This document shows positions 38,701 through 50,700 of a DNA stretch of 64,000 nucleotides, in pieces. How positions within the stretch are numbered: the first letter of the stretch is position 1; each line of letters begins with the position of its first letter. Source of the stretch: Lytechinus pictus (taxonomy: Eukaryota); assembly GCF_037042905.1 (NCBI RefSeq), contig NC_087245.1, forward strand, positions 37,202,001 to 37,266,000, written 5' to 3'. The notes under the pieces are model-generated. The model ran no database searches. It saw only the letters and a list, made by a program, of their open reading frames with translations, and had not been told where the DNA came from. Both the position numbers and the translations under genes were made by a program.

Positions 38701-41700
38701 GATGATAATGATGAAAATGACGATGATGATGATGATGATGATGATGACGGAGATGGAGATGGAGATGACAATGATGATGGTAGCAATGGTGAAAATGAAA
38801 AAGATGATCATGATAATGTAGATGGTAGCCCCAAAAATGAAGAGGATTATGATAATGGTGATGATCAATGAACAACAAAATGATACAGCTATAAAAATGA
38901 CAAAAATTGATAATAACTAAGGGAATGATACAAAAAAATGACGAAATTATACCTTGTGGAAATTAATAGCACATATAATTACAGTTGTGGAGAAGAAAAC
39001 ATTGCACAATTTCATTCGAGCAAAACCAACAAACAATAGAGAGAAAATTCATTGGTAAGCAAAGTATGTGCATCCACCTAACGACACTCTAATCCACAAT
39101 ATAACTAGGTTTCTGTGAATGAATATTTTTGAAGCATTACTGAAAGAAAGTTACAAATATTTAAACAGAAATGAATTATTTACAACTATATTTTACATTC
39201 AGCAATCTTGACCCATGCTTGGTAATAGTCAAAGTAATCATGTGATACAACTGGGTACATAATACAGAACACAAATGCAGGATAATCAAATACATTGGTG
39301 AAATATCAACAAATAGAAAGAACTCACATGAAAGCATATATCATTTTAACTCTTCAAACAAGTATCTTCCATAATTGACAATCAAATGACATGGTTGCAA
39401 CAATATTTTAACTAAAGACACATTTTCAATCATTTTTTTACTTCAAGTGGATAAAATCTGAATTGAATCTAATAAATTAAGTAAACACTATTCTAAACTT
39501 TTGTGACAAAATATATTTGAAAATGCATATCAAACATGAGTGCAATGGACTAATAATACTATTTAAAAAAATAACTTGTGAATATTCTAGGTGTCTACAA
39601 TACTTTCCGCTCTTTAACCTTAACTTGGCCAAGGCCTAGGAGCACCCCCCCCTCGATGTTCGTGCAATATTTTCAAAAAGCGAAAAGCTATCGCTGCAAT
39701 GTTTCGTGACACACTAATGAGAAAAATTATATGCAAAATTGTTCGTAAAAAATCATAATTGACAACTAAGCATAGAAAAAAAACAGATTGGCACAACATT
39801 TGCTTGATCCTAATACATTTGCTCCGGTCTTAATAACTTAGAGGGCATAGGGTTAGAGTTTGGATTATAATAGATTTTTTGGTTCAGAATAATGAAAAGA
39901 TAAGAATTAGGATTTATTTAGTTTTGGAGGTTAAGTTTATCTTCGGCTTAACATACAGATTGTCAATCAGAGCAATTGTCGCTGGAGCAAACGTCTTGAC
40001 ACCAAAGCCAGAGAATGATGTATTGTTATACCTCCACTGCCTGTAACTTACCACCATTGTCCGGTGAACTGGATGGGGAATCCCCAACTATTTCCCCACG
40101 TGATGCTGATGCTGTCCAACCATTGGTTAATTTGTTTTGACCACTGACGGACAATTCCAACTGTTGTATCTGAAGAGAAAATACAAATAAAAATCAAACT
40201 TTTGACTCAACCGAGACACCTATAAAAATCAATGAAAACATTAGCCGGGCAATCAAATATGTAATTTCAGTTTGTATGGCAAGAAGAGAAAGGAATACTG
40301 TATGTAAATACCTACGTGTTTAAGAGAATGGCATGATAGTGTATATAGAAAGCAGATTACAGATTGCGAGTTTACAGATAAGTGAAGGCCGAACATTACC
40401 TTAAATGTAATATTTACTCTTATCCAGAAGTATAGAAGCAGGAAATACAATCAAATATGTTTTTTTCAACAAGAAAGCAAGATAAAATATATTTCTAACC
40501 CACTAGTCGAACATATGTATGTAAAAAGTTGTTTTTGATTTTTGGTGTTTTTTGTTTGGTTTTGTCGTCTTCTAATTATGTGATATACTTCTCACCAAGG
40601 AAGGACATTGTACTCATGTTCTGACTTCAATGTAGTAACGGGAGACTAATTGCCATTGATTACTGGTTCAATGTTATCATGTGACAGTCATTAATCTGTA
40701 AACAACGGGAGAGAGATGTTTTGATTCCGAGCGAGTCAAACAATAGCTGTTGGCTGCAGCATGGATACAATGAGAGTATGAACGACGGAAAGAAAATGGG
40801 AGTAGAGATGGAATTTGCTGAGCAAATGAGATAACGTTAAAAGATGTTTACGCCATAAAAAAAAGAGATGTGGCATATGAGAAAGATAGAGAGAAAATTA
40901 TCTTCAAATATCTGAAAATGATTATTAATGTAATTACTTCAACTACAAGTTTTCTGGGGAACCGAGATAAAAAGGAAAATGAGAGAAGTAAGAAAAAATA
41001 TATAACATGGACCTGGGCCCCGATTGATCCAATCAATCAATCGTAACTCTATGGAAATCCATCAGTGTCATAATTTTTTCTACAGGAAATTTGCAAAATG
41101 TCCTTTGTAAACAAAGGAGATCACACCAAATTGTCAAGAAATCAATGAATTTATGGATATACATGTACAATCATATCTAGATTTTTTTTTTAACAAACAT
41201 GCATTTTAAATGTTGACTTTGCTGGCTTTCCACAGTTGCGATTGATCGGATCAATCGCAACTCTTTGTAAGACAGGCCCCAGGAGTAGAACAGACGAGAT
41301 AGAGAGAAAAGAGACACAGGAAAGGACAATATCTTGATTTGAGAAACCAAGAAGAAAAACAACCATTCTTTCTTGTTTATTAAAAAAGAAAAAAGAGGCT
41401 GCAGTAATATCTTCAAAGACATGCAAAAGTGACACGAGACAATATCAGTGATAGATAGCTGGAAGCACAATCCTTCACTGGTCACTGACCGGGGATAAAT
41501 GGCCAGGTATTGGTATCAACTTCTCGATTCAACCAATAACTCATTGTGTTTGTTCTTTTTTTTCTATCGATCTATCCACTGCTCCCATTTCTCTCCCTCT
41601 CCCTCTCTCACATCTTCACTCTCGCTAGGTGGTTTCAGACCGCCTCGAAGTTCATCAGTTCCAGGTATTTTCTGATTGGGAAATTTACCCCGATCAGAAA

Positions 41701-44664
41701 ATACCAGGTAATATTGGCAATGTGAAAGCAAATTACGTGTAATCTCCCCGAAAGAAAATACCCACTAAATACATGTAGTAGGTACTTGTCGAAAATTACG
41801 AGGACTTTCGCTGGGATTTTTCCAAGGTCGCAGGTATTTTGGCAATGTGAAAGCAATTTACTGAAACTTTTAGCCCAGTGTGTAGTTGGGCGCGGGCGGC
41901 TTGGGTGGCTGCTGAGCTAGTGATTTTGAATCTCGCACCTTGCCTGCTTATCAGACCATACTGCGCATGCTCATAACTTCAGGAACTTATCCCAAAGGAT
42001 ATGTTTCGGGGCGGTGTGAATGCAGGAATAATTAATGGGTATTTTTAAGTCTAAAAAAATTCTCGTAATTTACCGGGGATTCTTATGATCGAGGCGGTTT
42101 GAAACCACCTAATGTCTGTCCCTGTCCCTCGCTCATATCTGACCATGGACTGAGGAGCCTCCATCCAATCTAATTACATGTTAAAGCCGAGAGCAATGTC
42201 TCTTTTTTCCATTAAACCATCAAGAAGATATTCCTCAACAATTCTTTTCTTCATCTGGACAATTGGATCTAAAGTGTTCATATTCAAATTGTGTGAAAGA
42301 TGCCCTTCTCAATCAATCAATCTGTAGTCCTTCTTCACCCACGCTAGCTATTGCTACGAAAGATAGTCACTTGGGGCTGTAACTACTTTACTGAAAGATG
42401 ATCCCCCAAAAGAAATATATGATAAATAAATAAATATAAATAAATATAAATAAAAAAATTAATAGATAGATAGATACATAGATAAATAAAAAAAATAAAA
42501 AAAATAGATAGATACATAGATAAATAAATAAATAAATAAATGAATATATAAATGAATAAATAAATATATAAATGAATAAATAAATAAATAAAGAATACAT
42601 GAATGAATGAATGAATGAATTAATAAATACAAATAAAGGAAAGATAGAAAGAAAGAGAAAAAAAGAAAAATAAAACAAACAAAATAGATAAAAAATTATA
42701 ATTAAAAAATTGAAATGAAATAAAATGAAAAAATATCACCCTGTTATCACTTAGACTATCAGAGAAAATATTGTGAAATAAGAAAATCAAGTTTGACAAC
42801 AAAGGTGTAAGCCAATTCACATTGGTTTAAATGAAATGAAAAGAGGTGAAGCATAAAACAGAAAAAACTGTAAATAACATTTGTTCATTTGAAATCCTGG
42901 TGTGAACAAGGATACATGGTGTCCGTGACAAAATATGAACATGCATATTCCCTCTGAAACTATTTGACACAATTTTCAAATTTCACCCCAAAGAAAAACT
43001 GGAAGAGGCCGTCAGGAAAGCTGAACAAATTAGAAGATTAGAATTTACACTGATGTCAGTGGGCAGTTTTCCTATGGGAGATGGTTATATGTAAGATAGC
43101 AGCACAGCAATAATTGAGCTCTCTGTGGACTTTTAGTCAAGGTTATCCCGACGTTTCTATGAAAAACTATACTAATCTACAAGGAGGGAGAGAGCCTGAA
43201 GAGTTTGACCTAATATCGAAGTAAGCGCACAAATAAATGACATAAGAACCAGTTTTGCATTCATTACGTCAAAACGACAACCGTGTAATATAAAACCAAT
43301 CTACTCAAGCAGTTGACAGAATTATTCTAGTTCAATCACAATTCATCCGCAATATGATACCCTACTCACACTTGAAAGGTAAGGACATTTTAATCTGCAT
43401 CATTAGAAATGGTGTGGAAATAATCAGTATCCTTGTGCTAGAGTTCCAATATATCTATGGCCTTATTAATTATTGAATAACTTATCAATTAATAATCATT
43501 TTCGAGCATCTTTTTCTTAGAGGGGTGGTATTTTCAATCAATTTTCCTTAACATAAGTTAAATTTGGACAGACTGACAGGGCGCCTGTTGCATAAAAGAC
43601 TTTACTAAATATTGTATTACCATGGAAACCTTGATTTTGTTTTGATCCTGTGCCCTTTTACCATGGCAGTTACACTAAAATGGAAAATTTACCATAAATG
43701 TAAGTATTTATGCAATGGGTACAACGATTAAATGGATCCACTGCAATGATAAACCTCCTGTGTTATACGTTATGTGGGCGCAGAGCTCTAATTTCAAATT
43801 GCGAACAGGGTTTGAAATGTTTTTCTCCCTAATGATCTATTTTGGAAGCTTATCTGTCACTCGGTCCATCTTTCCTTGACCCACATAAACTCAATGCTTG
43901 CTTGACATCACAACCCTCATCTCCATTCTTGTCAGTGTCTTTCCGGTCTGATCCCATTGTCCACTTGTCTTTGTTTGTCTCTTCGTCTCATTCTCATCTC
44001 ATTTATGCAACCGACACCGTCCTTTCTTCTATCTCATTTTCATTTTCAATGGATGAAATTGCTTGTAACTCGATACGAACCTTGTACATGTAAACAGTCG
44101 CATATTTCAGTCTTTGGACTGCTTGAGATTGTATTTTGATAGTTTTATCGCAATTATTCAACACGCTTCTCAGAAAATATGTCCCTATGTTATATTTTGA
44201 GTTCTCCAGAAGGTCATTGGTATCTAAAAGTACTTTCCAATAGAATGAAAGTCAAGATAGTATTAAAATATTGCTCAATAAAGGTTAAGTCCACCCCATC
44301 AAAGACTTGATTTGAATAAAGAGAGAGACAAAAAATCATCAAAATTGGATTTCAGATTATAACGTTATATTACAATCATTTCATGTGGGTTAGGGCGGTC
44401 CGCGGACTATAGTTATTTGGTTAACTTGGCCCAATGCCTGGCAGCTCATCCAGGTGAATCCAGTGTTTAATTATTTTTGTGTTACTGTATTATTGTTGTT
44501 ATTGTAACAATCATTTTTTAGCATTGTATTTGACTTGTTTGATTTTCTGCCAAATAAAATAATAATAATAATTCATTCATTCATCGTTATATCTAAACAT
44601 TTTGCTTATTTTTCAAAAAATCATGTATTATATGCAAACTACTTTGAGATGCAAATCAAAAGTT

Positions 44665-44702
<38 letters not shown>

Positions 44703-47700
44703 TTTTGTTTATAAATTTCTATTTATCATTGGTTGTAATTTTTCCTATAACTTTATAACCTTGAATCAAAGTTACTTGATGATCTTTGGTATATTCCTTA
44801 TCGTAATAATATTTTAAAAAAAACTTCCTGCTTGACGATTTTTTCTATTAATATTGATAAATGGCAGGTAATATCTCTATCTATCAAGGCTTCCCAGGAA
44901 AAACTTAAGTTTTAAAATGAATTTCATTCCTATCCACTGTCATTAGCTCACTTTTTAAATTAAAAATTAATTAGATTTTGTCTTCTTTATTTCATGAAAA
45001 AACTTATTGAGAATTAACAAATAACACCTGCTCTCAGAAAACAAGATCCTGAGAGGGTAACAAGTGATGGAGCCCTAATGGATGTTTATATGATCACTAT
45101 CTCTATGACCAAGGACTTTCTTGGTCTTTATGCTTTTTCGTATTATTTTTTATCAAGAAATGTCAACCTATATTCCTTACTTACCCTTGCTTGTAGGTGT
45201 TCCACCTCCTTTGCATGCCTCTCGTCCTTATCCATCTCAATCTGCTTCTGAAGACGTTCTTTTTCCTCTAATTCCTCTTCCCTGTAATGCAAAAAAGAAG
45301 TTAAACAAATTATAGCTGGATTATGTTGATTTAATTCCATGATCTAATTTCTCAACAAATTTGTGTAGTTGCATATGGAGACATGAATACAAAAAAAATC
45401 CTATTTGGTCTGTGCTCCTCATTATGGTGAAGAAATAAGTTATCATATGATAATAATATAAAATAGGATGCATAACCCTATATTTAAAAGTCTCCATGCC
45501 ATTCTTTTTTGAGCAATTGTCCAAAATAAGCTTTCAGAGAGTTAAGAAACATACTTTATCTGCAAATAAATGACGAAATTGTACAATGTTGGAGAATTCA
45601 TGCAAGAATAGACATTATGAACGAGTACCTGAAAACTTGTTTATTAATAAAATCAGAGAAAGCAAGCACAGAATCCATTGATTTGACATAATACAGAAAC
45701 ATAAACTGAAACATATTCCAAAGGACTCAAATTATTTTAAAATGGAAACCTGATTTCGTTAGGTATAATGATAGGGAATTTATTATCAATTAAAATAATG
45801 AAACATGAACTTTGATTGATTATGCATGTATATTGATGGAAATACCAGGGAAAATAAGAAATAAAAACATCACTGAAAGACCTCACAAAAAACACTTGTT
45901 TTTCTTTACAGTACACTTTCTCTTGTTTTGAATAACATATTGACATATCAATCCTTAGCTTAAGTGAGTGGCAAATGGCCTATATTTCAGTCTGATATGA
46001 CACAGTAGGAATGAAAGAAAGTTACAAGGGGAGATAATTAGATGGAAAAAAGAATGATGGGATATTGATTGTTCCATGAAAAACACAAAGAGAGTCAGGA
46101 TCTAAGAAAAGAAGAGAAGGGAGAGAGTGTCAAGGTGTATGTGTGTGTGTGAGAAAGAGAGAAAGAGAGAGGGGGTGAGAGAACGAGAGAGAGAAAAGGG
46201 TAAGAGAACAAGAGAGAGAGAAAAGGGTAAGAGAACAAGAGAGAGAGAACAAGGCAGAGAGAAAGGAGGGAGACGAATGACAGATGAACAAAAGATGAAA
46301 GGAAAAAGTGGAAGGTGATCACACTGACTTGTAGACAAGAAGAAGGCCGGGGATGTATTACAAGGGCCTCAATCCGAAGAACTATAATTTCATTTGCGTG
46401 CAAACTATTGCTCCCATTTCAGCTGATTCTTCACCAATTCATATTGAGTCACAAGAACAGCTTTTCTTGCCTCTCGGTTTTACATTCATCTGATCTCCGT
46501 ACAATCCATCCTCCCTTTCAAGCCAGGAGAATGATGAGCATGATTTAGTAACCTAAATATCAAGACTAATTGTGCAGTAAAGACTTCTGTTCTGTTGCGA
46601 GCAGCTATACGTCCCATCAGGATTCATCTCAATCAAACCTGGCCCCTGTTTCACCAAGGTTAGCGATTGATCATGTGATCGATTGCATTTACTTCTATGT
46701 ATGATAAAGCATCATAACCACCACCACGGTCGATCGCTGAGCTTCGTGTACCGGGGACATGATCACAAATACGACATCCACTCAGGAAACTTGTGATCTA
46801 GCCCTCAAGTTCATCTTCAAAATTCAGAATTGTAACAATTAATGGAAAACACAAAAAACACACAAAAATAAACTGAAATGAAACATGGTAAAGAAAGATA
46901 ATTCTAATGCCATCTCTTTACCTAATGCCTCAAATATCTAGGTTGAAGGTGTTCATAACTTTGGCCTAGATCTCTAATTCACATCATAAGCAACATCAAT
47001 AGAACTAATCGAAGATAGAATACAAAATTTTTAAACTTTAAAGTATTGAAAAATGACAGGAAAAGGAAAAAAAACCTATGCTGCTTTATCTATTCTTTTC
47101 AGGCTTTCAAACCTGGGTCCCGTCTTACAAAGAGTTGCGAGTGATCCGAAGGATCACAACTATGGACAGCCAGCAACATCAACATCTATGATGCCTGTTT
47201 GTTCAAAATATTTTCGTACTATGATGTATATTCATGCATTCATTGCTTTCTTGAAAATTCACTGTGCTTCTCTTTGATTACAAAGGACATTGTGCAGATA
47301 GATAGATAGATAGAGTTACGACTGATTGGATCAATCGCAACTCTTTGTAAGATGGGGCCCAGATATGTAGAAACATTCACACACTTTTTCATCAGGAACT
47401 ACATAAAAATAACCAGAGGATTCACAGAGAGGGAAAACACACTGCAGTGTCCATCCCTTCTGTTGTACAGTAACATAAATCTGTCTCAACGATCGAACGA
47501 CACATCTCCTTTCTCTCAAGCAGCATTTCTTGAATAATTCAACGCTAAAACTTAATGTGAAGACCACTAATTCATGACTTCACCAGTCTGTAAATAACAA
47601 TGTCTCAACGGACGGTGTATACATCAGGAACAATCAAAACTGCAATCTCCAAAAGGTTTCAAAAGAGCAAACCAGCCAGGAAGCCCAGAGCAAGCAGACA

Positions 47701-50700
47701 TAAACCAATCACTCAGGCCGCCTTGCATCAATTAAACTACATCTTCAGATTGACACATGAGCCAACCTTCCAGTCAAAACAAAGTAAGCATTTCCCCCAT
47801 CTTTATATTGAACTGTCTACCTCAAGGGCCAATCGTCCCGCCTGTTCTTTTAGAGAAGCATTTGGTGATGATCAAAACAAAATGGACATGACTTGTAGTG
47901 TTATGGTTTAAAAATATTTATCAGTCGATTGAAGCATAATGAGATTGACAATAAATGACATAAAGCGTTATTTCCAAAGTGGAAAGTTCCCCTTGCTTGA
48001 TGCTGATGACGCCAGAAGTGCCTGTTTCTGGAAATGTATTGCAAAACATCCCTTAAGACACCAGAACACAGTGTTTTAATTATTAAAATGCATGTCATCG
48101 TTTGTAAACAATTCTTATATCTATCTATGAAACATAAAGGGGTGATTTAATGTACTCAGAGAGATGACCCTTCATGGAAAGACAGTATGTCTGTTGTGAA
48201 GAAATTTTTCTATTCCAAACCCATCATCGCTTCAACAACCACAGTTCATCCTTTCTCGATGATGATTCCCTAGCCTAATGATGCTAAACAAACCAAGAAA
48301 AATATCTCCTTGATTTCTTCTTTTTATCTTCCTTCTATAAGAAACGGAAGTTAAATCAGAATGTCTATCCAAGCAATTTGTCATCACTTGTTATATCCTG
48401 AAGATGACATCAAATCGTTTTCGTTTGGAAGCAACATTAAGAAATAATACTACAGAGCTTCATAAAGCCAGGGCATCTCTGCACTCATGGGAAAATAACA
48501 AGAAATTCATCACCACGTCACCAAAAGTCACCAACTTTACTGCTCATTTAAAATTTTATTTGCCACTTATACATCCCAAGTGTGCCATAGCCAGTCTGTA
48601 TGTGTGCACTCCTTATAAGGCTTCAATGTTTAAGCAAAATGAAAGGGGTATTATAACCATTTTAATCTGAAAGTAGATAATTTGAGGAAAAGTAGATAGA
48701 GTGGGTCAATGTTAACTCTTTTGATTTATACTTTGGTTTATTCAGAGAATGTGAAATGTATTTGCATGTTCGGGCAGCCATTGTGTTAAAATATAGAGTA
48801 TCGTTTGCTTACAGGTTGGCACTGATGATTTAGACAATGGGTGATTTCTCTGGGAGTTCAAAGACTCAGCAGTTGATAGGGATATTAAAAAACACTTAAT
48901 ATTCAAATTCACATCAAAGTTCATCTTCTAGGAAGAAAGCGATTGTGTATGACTTAACGGGCGACTGGCTTGCCTATGTCCCGTCTTTGCGAGACCATTT
49001 GCCCTAAATTTTCAATCATTTCCCCAAATAAAGCGTGCATAACCCCGGTGAGTGTGAAGTATGCTTAAGTGAACATAGGAGAGGACAGACCCAGCTGTGA
49101 CTCACTTTAGTCCCATCCTGATCTCAAACACTTGTTGTCACACCAGACTCTAGGCTGGTCAACATAGGATGACGTCTTGACTGGCTACCCATCTCAAACA
49201 CTTAATGTCATCCTACTAGACCGATCAACACAGGATGACGTCTTGACTGGCTACCCATCTCAAACACTTAATGTCATCCTACTAGACCGATCAACACAGG
49301 ATGACGTCTTGACTGGCTACCCATCTCAAACACTTAATGTCATCCTACTAGACCGATCAACACAGGATGACGTCTTGACTGGCTACCCATCTCAAACACT
49401 TCCTGTCATCCTAGACTGTAGACAGATCAACATACATTGTAGGATGACGTCTTGACTGGCTACCCATCTCAAACACTTGATGTCACCGTAGACTCTAGAC
49501 CGACCAACATAGGATGACGTCTTCACTGGCCACCCATCTCACAAGCACCCCCTCTCAAGGACCATACCGTACAACCTATTGGCTAATGAGTCTCATCACG
49601 ATCTTCTTCACATAACCACAGTCAGCCTTCAAATTCAATTTGACCTTGGGAACTTCATTTTGCATGCCAGGAGAAAATCAACAGGCACAAAATAATCAAA
49701 GAAGTGGGATGATAACCTTTTCTTTTTCAATATTTGAAACACAAGATCACTGAATCAATACAAATTTCAAGTTAGTGGATGATCTGTGACTTACATGTAC
49801 ATTATCTTCTCTAAATGTCTTGTGAATGTCTATAGAGTTAGATATCACCAGTATTTGCAGGTATCTTGTCACTTTGGGGGAATTTTCTTATTAAGTCCAG
49901 TGTAAGCTACATGGAAAAGGAATCCATGATCATACATTTTGACAATATTTGTCAACATTTTGTCTGTACTGAACACAATGGAAGTTTTACCCTCATGGTA
50001 GCATTATTGATTCATCAAATCTAATGTGTTGTGGTCTAGTGGATATGTCTCCGGGCTATAGATCACAAGGTCCCGGGTTCTAATCCTCCCACAGCACCAA
50101 CATTCCATGGCAAGGCATTGACCCGCATTTTGCCGCACACAACCCAGGTTTGGTAAATGGCCACCAGACATTAGTTTGATCCTTGAAATGCTAAAGCACC
50201 TTCTAAGAAACTATGCTATTGCTAGGTTAATATCTGTGCAGCACCAGGGCCACGTCTTACAAAGAGTTACGATTGATCCAATCAATCGTAACTCTATGGA
50301 AATCCATCAGTGTCATAATTTTTTTCTACAGGGAATTTGCACAATCTCCTTAAAACATAAAGAATCATACTGAATCTTCAAGAGAACGATTAATGTATGA
50401 ATGTACATCATATCTAGAAAATATTTTGAACAAATTTGCATTTTTAGATGTTGACGTTGCTGGCCGTCCATAGTTGTGATTGATCGGATTGATCGTAACT
50501 CTTCGTAAGACGGGGCCCAGGAGTGCCACATCTGACAGATATGTGTGCTATATACAGTAAGAACACACTCTTATCAATATCAAATTGAACTTGTAACTTC
50601 TGAAGGTTTCCATGGCGAAGAAGAAGCAAGTGTAGTGGGTTTCATGGTACACCATGTAATCTTTCGTGGGCATATGTTGGTCCTGAAAAGGACCACCCAA

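Noticed and set aside
38486..38878. His-, Ile- and Met-rich ORFs
   Set aside because: They are translations of a (GAT)n microsatellite.
39328..39351. 24-nt exon candidate with a GTGAGT donor
   Set aside because: It has an in-frame TGA in phase 1 and a poor acceptor.
49121..49540. CRISPR-like array
   Set aside because: Units repeat in full with no unique spacers, the context is eukaryotic, and there are no cas genes.
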